Of a stretch of 64,000 nt of DNA, positions 19,659 through 28,193 are shown in pieces (the first letter of the stretch is position 1; every line of letters starts with the position of its first letter). Under the pieces are notes generated by a model that did not search any database, was not told where the DNA came from, and was given only the letters and a program-made list of their open reading frames with translations. A program made the translations under genes and the position numbers. The DNA is taken from the sequence record PQ471516.1; one strand, written 5' to 3'.

Positions 19659-20024
19659 ATGGGATTGGACACAACTAAAGCCCAAGAACTACATAGGCGA
19701 GCAATGAATGAAGAGTTTTTAGCAAACATTCGCTATAAGATGGAGAAGCTATATCGTAGTGCTGAAATCTTAGAAGACAAAAAACCTTCCATGACTACAA
19801 AATATTTCAATATCACTAACGACATTTGTTATAGTCCAGGTGAAATTTGGATTGAGTGGGAGTCTTGGACAGGGGATATTCTTCGTGTACAAGGTTACTG
19901 TGTTCAATACGCTTTCGACGGTAATTCTAAATCACTGAAGGTACTATGTACTAATACGAATGATGTAGTGGATGTCAACTTACATTGTATTAAATGGGTT
20001 GACTTTGGAGATGTAGATGAATAA
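19659..20024 (+). CDS. hypothetical protein
   Basis: Start moved to MGLDTT directly after the upstream stop. Confidence 0.7.
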   Translation: MGLDTTKAQELHRRAMNEEFLANIRYKMEKLYRSAEILEDKKPSMTTKYFNITNDICYSPGEIWIEWESWTGDILRVQGYCVQYAFDGNSKSLKVLCTNTNDVVDVNLHCIKWVDFGDVDE

Positions 20025-20277
20025 AATTAAATTCATTGTACTTATGGTTCTCATGTGTTTTTCACTCACTGGGTGTGATGAAGACCTTTCAGCTAAAACA
20101 TTAGCTCGCTGGAACTGTAAGATGACTGGTGAGAAGTTCAAAACAGTCGAAAGTGTTTGTGTTGGTGAAGGTAGAAGCCGTTGTGATAAAATGGTTGACC
20201 ACGAAGTGGAATTGTTTGTATATGATTGTCCAACAAAGGGTCGAGTACTGAGTAAAAGTGAGTTAATTTATAATTGA
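20017..20277 (+). CDS. putative lipoprotein
   Basis: Lipobox LTGC. Confidence 0.8.
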   Translation: MNKIKFIVLMVLMCFSLTGCDEDLSAKTLARWNCKMTGEKFKTVESVCVGEGRSRCDKMVDHEVELFVYDCPTKGRVLSKSELIYN

Positions 20278-20333
20278 CAGTACACCACAAAAGGGATACA
20301 ATGTATCCCTACTTTAATCGAAGAGGCAAATAA

Positions 20334-20543
20334 ATGACTACTAATGAAATGCTGAAAGCAATCTGGGATAAAGGTTATGAACTGAAAGTAACCAGTACTG
20401 AGATTCGTGTATTCAAGACTGAGTACTGTGAATATCTGGATTTAGATACTTATAACAGTATTGTCGTTGAGCAGCACAAAGGTAATGTTACTGAAAGTAT
20501 TGATTCAGTACTTAAACGTTCTTTAGCGATCATTGGTGCTTAA
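20334..20543 (+). CDS. hypothetical protein
   Basis: GAGG SD; promoter 20274-20302. Confidence 0.8.
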   Translation: MTTNEMLKAIWDKGYELKVTSTEIRVFKTEYCEYLDLDTYNSIVVEQHKGNVTESIDSVLKRSLAIIGA

Positions 20544-20544
20544 A

Positions 20545-20640
20545 ATGAATTCAGATTTACAGAAGATGATTGGATTTGGTATTTCTGTGTTTTTTGTTGT
20601 GATTTCTTTTGCAATTTTCATCCCTAAACTATTTCATTAA
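20545..20640 (+). CDS. 31-aa single-TM peptide
   Basis: Hand translation MNSDLQKMIGFGISVFFVVISFAIFIPKLFH. Confidence 0.55.
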   Translation: MNSDLQKMIGFGISVFFVVISFAIFIPKLFH

Positions 20641-20650
20641 GAGGTGTATT

Positions 20651-20845
20651 ATGATTTCTTTATATGTTGCTGTTATGCTCACTCATGGACAAATCGACCG
20701 CACCGTAGGTAAAGGTGTTTACACTACAGCAGATGAATGTTACACTGCTACTGCTTGGCCTCAAGATGAAGGTTCAAGTAATGAATTCAAATGTCTCAAA
20801 GTTAAAGGTGACTTTGTTAATCTAAAGGTTGTTGAGGTTAAATAA
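20651..20845 (+). CDS. small hypothetical protein
   Basis: GAGGTG SD. Confidence 0.75.
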   Translation: MISLYVAVMLTHGQIDRTVGKGVYTTADECYTATAWPQDEGSSNEFKCLKVKGDFVNLKVVEVK

Positions 20846-21329
20846 TGGACATAAACAGATTACTATCGATCATTTCCAGTAAATGTAGTAACTCCTTTAA
20901 TTATATGAACAAGGTTCAAGTAGTCTCCGAGGAATGTTATGGAGTAACAACTATACAGTTTTTGGATCTCGATAGTAATAGTTTATGTTATATATACTTG
21001 ACAACCCGTAGTGATGAACTTAAAAAACCGAAATTGTATTATTTGGCAAACAGTGTTCAGACACGCGTGATATTGAGATACTTTATTATCCTGGAAAATC
21101 TACACGCGAAATTGTTTATGACATGTACGCACTAGATGATAACTTTGTTATTGATTACAGTACTGAAGAAAAGGTTTTTCAACAAAGTTTAGTGCACAAC
21201 TTTGTGTTGGGTGATCCTGGCATTCCAAAGATTTTTAAAATTCTAGATTCAATTACAGTGGATTTTGAATTTCATATGTGCATACGTTCTGAATACTTGG
21301 ATGATTTTGTGGAGATTTTTGGTTTATGA
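20845..21329 (+). pseudogene. family F gene split by a frameshift at the A6 run 21022-21027
   Basis: The 21123 frame is open from 21024 (KTEIVLFGK...TEEKVFQQSLV); adding one A joins the two ORFs. Confidence 0.65.
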
Positions 21330-21547
21330 AACGATTTTACATCAACTACGTATGTGTATCCGAATTCTGTAACGTAAGAGGTCACACAATCGAAAAGCAA
21401 GCTATGGATGTGTATGTTCGTGCTGAAAGTCCTACACATGCATTGTTTAAACTTATCAGTGAAGTTACAAAGTACAATACACCCAAAACCCAACGCTACA
21501 TTGGTGCTTTGTATGATATCAATGAAGTTCCAGGGTGTGATATATAA
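21326..21547 (+). CDS. hypothetical protein
   Basis: ORF track. Confidence 0.7.
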   Translation: MKRFYINYVCVSEFCNVRGHTIEKQAMDVYVRAESPTHALFKLISEVTKYNTPKTQRYIGALYDINEVPGCDI

Positions 21548-21615
21548 AAAATACTTGACTTGGATTAGAAATCTATATATAATGTATACATATTAATCGC
21601 AATGGAAAACAAATC

Positions 21616-22290
21616 ATGTTGGCTAATCTTAAGTACTTTGTAACTTCTCCGTGGGATGAACGTGGTGTTGAACTGAACCACAAAGAAACAAGTTTTGATG
21701 ACATTGGTGTAGGTACATACATCTCTGCTAATTTTGATCGTAACCATCCATTTTGGGAAAAGTTTAAAGATAATGAAAGTAATCGTGTTATGTCATTATT
21801 TCAACTTAAACAACCAGGGATTGTAGCTGGTTATAATGAAGAAGACATGATCAATACATTCACTAACTATAAGGTAGTTGAAGAATTCCCGTGGATTAAT
21901 AAAAACAACGGCAATGCTTATAGTTCAGAGGATTATCGTGAAATGGTCACAAATGATGATGTAATTACGTTACCAAGTGGACGTCCAATGCCATCATCAA
22001 CAAATTGTATGTCTTCTTATGGTACGGCTGATAATCTTCAGCAAATCCTGAAGAAGTATAAGCGTGTTCTGGATTCAGAAGACGAGTTAGTACTGTGTAT
22101 TCATCCTGTGTACAAATCCGACCAACCAGAAAGTGGTGGCTGGCGTTGGCATAAGAATGGTACATATATTGGCAACAAACGAAGTAAACGTGGATATGAA
22201 TACCTGGCTGATGAACCTGATATTGATGTAGTAATCGGCTTTAAATTTATTAAAGTACAGAGGAAAGACAATGCTTTATCTAATTCTTAG
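21616..22290 (+). CDS. conserved phage protein (YGTADN...GGWRWHK.G.YIG...EYL.DEP motif)
   Basis: Motif recalled from phage hypothetical proteins; function unknown. Confidence 0.8.
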   Translation: MLANLKYFVTSPWDERGVELNHKETSFDDIGVGTYISANFDRNHPFWEKFKDNESNRVMSLFQLKQPGIVAGYNEEDMINTFTNYKVVEEFPWINKNNGNAYSSEDYREMVTNDDVITLPSGRPMPSSTNCMSSYGTADNLQQILKKYKRVLDSEDELVLCIHPVYKSDQPESGGWRWHKNGTYIGNKRSKRGYEYLADEPDIDVVIGFKFIKVQRKDNALSNS

Positions 22291-22513
22291 TTTTGTGGTT
22301 GCAATCGTTTTTATGTTTTACCCAACCTTCGTAGCACTGGTTGTACAGAAAAGCTACCGTACTATTGGCATCATCATGGTACTGAACATTACACTTGCTC
22401 TAGTGTCTATGCTTGTAGTAGTATCATCTCTGGCGTGGATTGATATCATTACACTTTGGTTATTTGTGTTTTCTTATTTGATGATTGTTGAAGACAAACC
22501 TATTGACTTATAA
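22271..22513 (+). CDS. small membrane protein (T4 Imm-like layout)
   Basis: YPTFVA...I.VLN pattern, 3 TM segments. Confidence 0.6.
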   Translation: MLYLILSFVVAIVFMFYPTFVALVVQKSYRTIGIIMVLNITLALVSMLVVVSSLAWIDIITLWLFVFSYLMIVEDKPIDL

Positions 22514-22561
22514 GTTACTTATGATATAATAACTTTACATTAACTGATATGAGGTATTAAA

Positions 22562-22894
22562 ATGTTAGCACTTATTTCTTCTATTCCGGCTATGGTACTC
22601 GTTTGGATTATTGTTTTTTATATGTTTTCATCTGCTAAAACAAAAGAAAAGATGGAAGACTTGTTCTTGTTGGATACAACTGTAGTTGAAGTATTCTTCT
22701 GGGTAGTAGTCATCGGAACTGTTGTAATGATTCTGAACTTTGTATTACCACTTGGAATCGTTCACAACATTCTGTCACTTGTTGAATATTTTATTGCAAT
22801 CATTTGGTTCATGCAATGTCTGTTTGCTGGTAAGGTTGGAATCTGGATTACTTTGGTGAAAGAAAAGATTAGTACGCTTACTAAAACTAAGTAA
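22562..22894 (+). CDS. membrane protein
   Basis: 3 TM segments, GAGG SD. Confidence 0.8.
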   Translation: MLALISSIPAMVLVWIIVFYMFSSAKTKEKMEDLFLLDTTVVEVFFWVVVIGTVVMILNFVLPLGIVHNILSLVEYFIAIIWFMQCLFAGKVGIWITLVKEKISTLTKTK

Positions 22895-22966
22895 TATTCT
22901 CAAAAATGTTAAATACTTCTGTACAAAGTAATGTTCAGAAGTATTTTTACTTTTATTGAGGGTATC

Positions 22967-23329
22967 ATGAAATATGTAATAATAATTATAACTTTTTTAA
23001 TTGGATTGATTTCTAGTTCAGCCAATGCAGTAGTTGGTGAAGAACTAGATTGTATGGGGAATGATGGGATATGGCATGTACTTACAAATGACCCACAAAA
23101 TGGAACTAATATTGTAGTTGACGGTGATGTTTATAGGTTCAGAAACGAAAGTACAATAGGTAACAAAAAAGTCTCGACATATAAAAATGATGCTGATATA
23201 ATAGCTAACGTAATCTTGATTGTAGATCCAAAGACAAGGGATGGAGATATCTATATTGTAATATATAGAGATTCTTCGAATAAACGCGATGAGGATATAG
23301 ATAAGCTTAATCTACATTGCGAATTTTAA
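22967..23329 (+). CDS. exported protein
   Basis: Signal peptide ending SANA; start moved. Confidence 0.8.
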   Translation: MKYVIIIITFLIGLISSSANAVVGEELDCMGNDGIWHVLTNDPQNGTNIVVDGDVYRFRNESTIGNKKVSTYKNDADIIANVILIVDPKTRDGDIYIVIYRDSSNKRDEDIDKLNLHCEF

Positions 23330-23340
23330 ACGAGGTTCTT

Positions 23341-23709
23341 ATGTTAAACACGGTTCTTCAGTACATCTTAAGCATTCCATTTATTCTTAGCAGTCTTGTA
23401 TCTGTAGCATCAATACTTTTTAGTATCTTTTCAGTAATGTACTGTGTATATACTAAAAAATATACATTCATCAATAAAGTAAACTCCTTATTTGAAACTG
23501 ATAGTGTACCGTATTGTGTGTGGTCTTTTAGTGCAGCGGGAATTTTTGCAACATTCCTTCTTTACAACCTGGATATTATTGACAGAAGATATGTTCTAAT
23601 TAGCATTGGGGTAGGATTATATTCATCGTGTTGGTACTTGATCTATGTTGTAGACTCGTGGTATACTACATATCAACAGTACACGATTAATAAACAATAT
23701 TCCAAGTGA
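23341..23709 (+). CDS. membrane protein
   Basis: 3 TM segments; start moved. Confidence 0.75.
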   Translation: MLNTVLQYILSIPFILSSLVSVASILFSIFSVMYCVYTKKYTFINKVNSLFETDSVPYCVWSFSAAGIFATFLLYNLDIIDRRYVLISIGVGLYSSCWYLIYVVDSWYTTYQQYTINKQYSK

Positions 23710-23713
23710 GGAT

Positions 23714-24073
23714 ATGACCATGAAAGTATTTTTATTCTTTATCTGTATGATTTTTTGTGCTGTACAAGCTCATGCAGAACCACTGGCAAAGATGTTTTGT
23801 TCAGAGGGTGAAGTGCAACACGTTTATCAAGGTGATTCGGATGACCACGATATCATTTACATTGATGGATCGATTTATAACTTTGTAAAAGAACATACAG
23901 TTGGCGATGTAAGTTTTACAGAGTACGCATCAAATGTAGATAAGAATGAGTTAGCGTTTATCCAGGTTAACTTAGAAGAAGATGCTGATGAAGTACAAGA
24001 TGTTAAATTGGTTCTAATGCGTAAAGGTGCAGGTACTACAGAGTTTGGTGGCTCCTGTGTTTTTGATGGATAG
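23714..24073 (+). CDS. exported protein, paralog-like to 22967
   Basis: Signal peptide ending AHA; C...IDG..Y.F...C pattern shared. Confidence 0.75.
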   Translation: MTMKVFLFFICMIFCAVQAHAEPLAKMFCSEGEVQHVYQGDSDDHDIIYIDGSIYNFVKEHTVGDVSFTEYASNVDKNELAFIQVNLEEDADEVQDVKLVLMRKGAGTTEFGGSCVFDG

Positions 24074-24087
24074 TCTGGAGATAAAAT

Positions 24088-24279
24088 ATGTTGATTTATC
24101 AAGGTGATGGTATTCGTGTATTGCAGCATCCATTCCTTCAAGTCTTTGATGTACAGAAGTTTCAAGAAGGTGATGATCCAAGAACATATGGACGTAAACA
24201 TGATTACTTCACTGTAAAGCAATGTACAAGTATTGAAGAAGTTCGTTCATTGGTGAAAGAACTAGAAAATAATGGTTGA
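24088..24279 (+). CDS. hypothetical protein
   Basis: GGAG SD. Confidence 0.75.
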   Translation: MLIYQGDGIRVLQHPFLQVFDVQKFQEGDDPRTYGRKHDYFTVKQCTSIEEVRSLVKELENNG

Positions 24280-24305
24280 CTTCGGTCAACCTTTTTTTGT
24301 ATACT
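24274..24305 (+). promoter_or_regulatory. terminator-promoter hairpin cassette copy 2
   Basis: GGTTGAC-TTCG-GTCAACC-T7; TTGACT-18-TATACT. Confidence 0.8.
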
Positions 24306-24332
24306 TAATTCATATTAATTGATGAGGGTATT

Positions 24333-24782
24333 GTGATGCTGGTATATCGTTTTGAATTAGGCTTCAGTTATGTAGAAGAAAACTTATATCCAGTGAGATC
24401 AATTGGGCCGTTCGCCCGTTACTATTCACGATACAGTACTGACAACGGGTTTGATCGTTTGCGTTTAGGTACACCACATGACTTACAACCTGAACCAGAA
24501 AAGGATGGAATCCATTGCATCAAGCACGGTTGGTCTTTTGGCTGTGCATCAATTAAAGACCTTATTCGTTTCTTCGCTAATGACTTAGGTCGTTTGCATC
24601 GTTCTGGCTTTCAGGTTTTTGTATATGAAGTTCCTGATAATCATGTTGATGTTGGTGGACACCAGGTTCAGTACTACATAGGTAGTGCTAATTTAGTACG
24701 CATTATGAGTGTACGTGAAATGAAGCAAGAATACCGCCAGATGAAAGAGGTTGAAGATGCAAAAAACGCTGTACACGTTTAA
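24333..24782 (+). CDS. hypothetical protein, possible ADP-ribosyltransferase-like fold
   Basis: VYRFE...GP...FGCAS...HQV spacing resembles R-S-E ART strands; weak. Confidence 0.45.
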   Translation: MMLVYRFELGFSYVEENLYPVRSIGPFARYYSRYSTDNGFDRLRLGTPHDLQPEPEKDGIHCIKHGWSFGCASIKDLIRFFANDLGRLHRSGFQVFVYEVPDNHVDVGGHQVQYYIGSANLVRIMSVREMKQEYRQMKEVEDAKNAVHV

Positions 24783-25116
24783 GAAGTGGTACACATTCAC
24801 TTTACCTGGTGACAAATACTTTGACCAACAGGATGATGAATATTACAAAAAAGAAACTCACAAATTACTGAAGATGGCTAAACAAGCACTTTCGGTATAC
24901 AACAGTTCTTTAAACGTAGCCTATGAGCACTACCGAATTACGGCAAAGATTGATGAAGAAGATGGTGAACTTTCATTCTTTGAATACGATATTGTATACT
25001 TTGGTTACACCGATGATGAAGACCCAATCAACGTTGATAAGATAAGACTTGACCTCACCGCTATATCTGTTATACTTAAACAACTGGCTGAGATGTGTGG
25101 CTTAATTGAAACATAA
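24757..25116 (+). CDS. hypothetical protein
   Basis: GAGG SD before MQKTLY. Confidence 0.75.
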   Translation: MQKTLYTFKKWYTFTLPGDKYFDQQDDEYYKKETHKLLKMAKQALSVYNSSLNVAYEHYRITAKIDEEDGELSFFEYDIVYFGYTDDEDPINVDKIRLDLTAISVILKQLAEMCGLIET

Positions 25117-25128
25117 TAGAGGAACACT

Positions 25129-25395
25129 ATGAAACTTAAAATTGAATACAGTGGTTTCTGTATGCGTAAAAATACTGAATTTGTAAACCGCACTAAAGGT
25201 TCAGAACTCTTTTTTAAAGAGATGCAAATTCCTTATGTAATTGAGACAGTTGGAGATCGTGAAGTACTGTCCTATGAAGAATACACTAAAGTAGATGTAC
25301 CGTGGTATTCTGAGCACATGTATATGGACATGGCAGAACGTTACAATTGCGAATTTATTATTAAACCAAAAACTATCACAATCAAATTTAACTAA
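25129..25395 (+). CDS. hypothetical protein
   Basis: GAGGA SD. Confidence 0.8.
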   Translation: MKLKIEYSGFCMRKNTEFVNRTKGSELFFKEMQIPYVIETVGDREVLSYEEYTKVDVPWYSEHMYMDMAERYNCEFIIKPKTITIKFN

Positions 25396-25406
25396 GGTAA
25401 AATAAA

Positions 25407-25700
25407 ATGATCAGTGCTTCAGTGAATGCCAATATTGTTTCAGATGTAAATTTAATTAAAGAATGCACAGATAATGATACTCGTGATCTTTATATTAACA
25501 ACGTCATTGAGCAATATGGAAACATGGGTGTTATGGAGTTCGTCCGCTTAAACGGTGAACTAATCAAGAATAAGATTCGTCTTAAACTTGCGGTTCATCC
25601 AAAGGCGTGGGCATTCACAATGAAGTACGCAGAAGATATGTTAGAGCTACGCCGCAGTACTGTTTACGAACGTTTACATAATGGCACATTAGAGGGTTAA
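25407..25700 (+). CDS. hypothetical protein
   Basis: AAGG SD. Confidence 0.75.
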   Translation: MISASVNANIVSDVNLIKECTDNDTRDLYINNVIEQYGNMGVMEFVRLNGELIKNKIRLKLAVHPKAWAFTMKYAEDMLELRRSTVYERLHNGTLEG

Positions 25701-25701
25701 T

Positions 25702-25947
25702 ATGAAAAAGTTTGCATTGGGATTGGCTTTTCTTGCATTGAGTGCTTCTTCGTTTGCAGGGCAAGCAGAATATGATCAACCACGTTCTGTGAAGTGTGTA
25801 GATTTGCGTGGGGGAATTATATCTTATGATGAACATGAAGTACGACGTGCTAAAATTGATAGTGATGGAACAACGGTAATACTGAAGGATGGAAAATTCA
25901 TTCAATTCAGTCCCGCAGTTCAATGTATCACGGTTTTACAAGAATAA
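25702..25947 (+). CDS. exported small protein
   Basis: Signal peptide ending SFA. Confidence 0.8.
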   Translation: MKKFALGLAFLALSASSFAGQAEYDQPRSVKCVDLRGGIISYDEHEVRRAKIDSDGTTVILKDGKFIQFSPAVQCITVLQE

Positions 25948-26026
25948 AAGCTTTATTGATCTATATCAATTTTCATTACCAAAATGTAAATATTAATGAG
26001 TAAAATATATTTTCATGGAGGTTTAT

Positions 26027-26263
26027 ATGGAAGTTGTTATTATAATATGTGCATTTATTTCTTTGATAGTAATGTTATCTCCAACTTTTATTGCACACAA
26101 ATTGAAGAACAATAATGCTGAAGCAATAACATACGTTAACATTTGTTGTGTAATGACATATGGAATACTGTTGTTCTTTACTGAATTTACTTTTATTCCT
26201 ATAGTTGTATGTTCATCAATGTTCATATGGTTATTCTTACTGTATGAATCTATTAAAAAATAA
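26027..26263 (+). CDS. small membrane protein (Imm-like), paralog-like to 22271
   Basis: SPTFIAH...I..VN pattern; GGAGG SD. Confidence 0.65.
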   Translation: MEVVIIICAFISLIVMLSPTFIAHKLKNNNAEAITYVNICCVMTYGILLFFTEFTFIPIVVCSSMFIWLFLLYESIKK

Positions 26264-26272
26264 TCAATAACT

Positions 26273-26305
26273 GGGTTGACCGAAGTCAACCCTTTGTTGT
26301 ATAGT
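26273..26305 (+). promoter_or_regulatory. terminator-promoter hairpin cassette copy 3
   Basis: GGGTTGAC-CGAA-GTCAACCC; TTGACC-18-TATAGT. Confidence 0.7.
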
Positions 26306-26314
26306 GAGGTTCTT

Positions 26315-26887
26315 ATGAATCGTAAAGGCCGCTTCAAAGTATCAAAGAAAAATAAGAGTTCCAAATTTAAGCCCATTGTTATATCCGTGAAAAGTAAGCC
26401 TGAATTAACTGCTCTTAGTCATAAGATTGTTTCACCTAAGATTAAAGTATCTTACATTAATTCGTTAAAATTCCAAAAGGTAAAACCACAAGACCAACTC
26501 ATTTCACTTATATTTGAACGTAATGATTTTGAGATATCAGTCGATGATTATAGAGGCTATAATGCTGGCTTCATTAATGTAACTTGTAATAAAGAACTAA
26601 CTGCGTTAGAAAATTTGACATGTATAATAAATCTTGATAAAGGGGTGGTGACGTACCAATTTGTACATTTAACCAATATCAATAATGGTATGGGTGTGCA
26701 ATCCAGAATAATAGTACCTACATGTGATGAGACTAGTTTAGCGAAGCTCAATGAAGAAGAATATTTTCAAGAAAGTATTGTAACTGAGCATTTGGATGTT
26801 ATAATAGAAACCTACAAAGAATGCGTATGGGTTTTGAACGCAATCAAACCTAAATTATGTTTAATGAATATAGTTCGTGATTTGTAA
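26315..26887 (+). CDS. family F protein with basic N-terminal extension
   Basis: NEEEYFQESIVTE; start moved. Confidence 0.8.
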   Translation: MNRKGRFKVSKKNKSSKFKPIVISVKSKPELTALSHKIVSPKIKVSYINSLKFQKVKPQDQLISLIFERNDFEISVDDYRGYNAGFINVTCNKELTALENLTCIINLDKGVVTYQFVHLTNINNGMGVQSRIIVPTCDETSLAKLNEEEYFQESIVTEHLDVIIETYKECVWVLNAIKPKLCLMNIVRDL

Positions 26888-26899
26888 ATTGGAGAGAAA

Positions 26900-27343
26900 A
26901 TGAGTTGGATACATGTTAATCATTCAGTACTGAACGAAATTGATATCTTTGCTTTCGTCAACCTTAAGGATGATACTGTCCTTCGTGGACGTTTGTTCAC
27001 TACACACGAAGGAGTTAAAGGTATTGCACTGATGGATACAAATGGTGCAGTATATGCTTCACAGGAGCTACCTGCGTGGACGTATAGCAGTACTGAAGAG
27101 AATGTATTCGCAGAAGTAATTAAAGGCTTAGAGGCTCTCCCTGGTGGAGATATCCAGAACATAGTATTCAACATTGAACGAGGTAATTACTCACCAGAGC
27201 ATCTAAGTGCATTAGCTATGCGAGCATTGAAGGCTGCTATTGTTACACCTAAGTGTGTGATTCTTAAGTACGTTCCTGATTTATCGTTAAGTGCACAAGA
27301 TATGGAATCATTCATTTTTACATCTGAACTGAAACAATATTGA
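26900..27343 (+). CDS. hypothetical protein
   Basis: GGAG SD. Confidence 0.85.
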   Translation: MSWIHVNHSVLNEIDIFAFVNLKDDTVLRGRLFTTHEGVKGIALMDTNGAVYASQELPAWTYSSTEENVFAEVIKGLEALPGGDIQNIVFNIERGNYSPEHLSALAMRALKAAIVTPKCVILKYVPDLSLSAQDMESFIFTSELKQY

Positions 27344-27442
27344 ACAAATTTCAGTTAAGTGATATAATTACATTGAGTTCATAAGAACAGAACTCATTTT
27401 GTATAAATACAAATGTAATTTATCTCTTTAAGGAGTATTGAA

Positions 27443-27826
27443 ATGGTTGATAAATGGAACAAGAAAAATCCATCACACGATGTGGATATTTCAGGTCTTG
27501 ACAATGAGCACAAGCATAAGTATCTAGATTCACTAGGTCTACTAAAGCCTGACCAAAGTCTATCTCATGACCGCCCTTCACGTGAAAAGGCATTCAGCCT
27601 TGAATCCTTGGGTCATGAATTGAATCGTGTATTTGAAGATCACCCAATCTATGTTCGTGATATTATTGAAAAACTTAAAGTAACTCCTAAAGAGCACTTT
27701 AAAGCAACAGTACATGCGGCGTTCCGCTCTTTGCACGAAGCACTAAAGAAAACTCATAACCTACGTAAGATTCATGATGATATCGTGAAAGCTATCGAAG
27801 GTGAGAAACATAAGTTCAAGAAATAA
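27443..27826 (+). CDS. late protein, paralog of the N-half of 28194
   Basis: TATAAATA at 27402-27409; YLDSLGLLKP motif. Confidence 0.85.
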   Translation: MVDKWNKKNPSHDVDISGLDNEHKHKYLDSLGLLKPDQSLSHDRPSREKAFSLESLGHELNRVFEDHPIYVRDIIEKLKVTPKEHFKATVHAAFRSLHEALKKTHNLRKIHDDIVKAIEGEKHKFKK

Positions 27827-27832
27827 ACACTA

Positions 27833-27857
27833 AGGTTGACTTCGGTCAGCCTTTTTT
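27833..27857 (+). terminator. hairpin cassette copy 4
   Basis: AGGTTGAC-TTCG-GTCAGCC-T6. Confidence 0.85.
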
Positions 27858-27936
27858 ATTGATTTTGTATTGACAGTGTTAAAAATAAATTATACAATAC
27901 TCATCTTATTGTCAAACATATTATAGGAGCGTTAAA

Positions 27937-28014
27937 ATGCAAGCAACGACAATTATCAACGTAGTAGCAGTCACCTTTATTGTAGTACTGGTAGCATTGA
28001 ACCTGTTTCTATAA
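27937..28014 (+). CDS. 25-aa hydrophobic peptide
   Basis: AGGAG SD; promoter 27870-27898. Confidence 0.65.
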   Translation: MQATTIINVVAVTFIVVLVALNLFL

Positions 28015-28023
28015 GGAGTAAGT

Positions 28024-28110
28024 ATGGGATTATATCTTGCAATTTCAAGTATTGTCTTTGTTGTTATCGTTACTGGATGGTTTGGGTATCTAATGTTAAG
28101 TACAAAATAG
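28024..28110 (+). CDS. 28-aa hydrophobic peptide
   Basis: AAGGAG SD. Confidence 0.65.
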   Translation: MGLYLAISSIVFVVIVTGWFGYLMLSTK

Positions 28111-28147
28111 GTTGACTTCGGTCAGCCTTTTCTTTATACTATAAATA
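28110..28147 (+). promoter_or_regulatory. cassette copy 5 plus T4-like late promoter
   Basis: TTGACT-17-TATACT, then TATAAATA 28140-28147. Confidence 0.8.
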
Positions 28148-28193
28148 TAGTCATAGAGAATAAACCAATATGAAATCTATGGAGAGAAATCAA

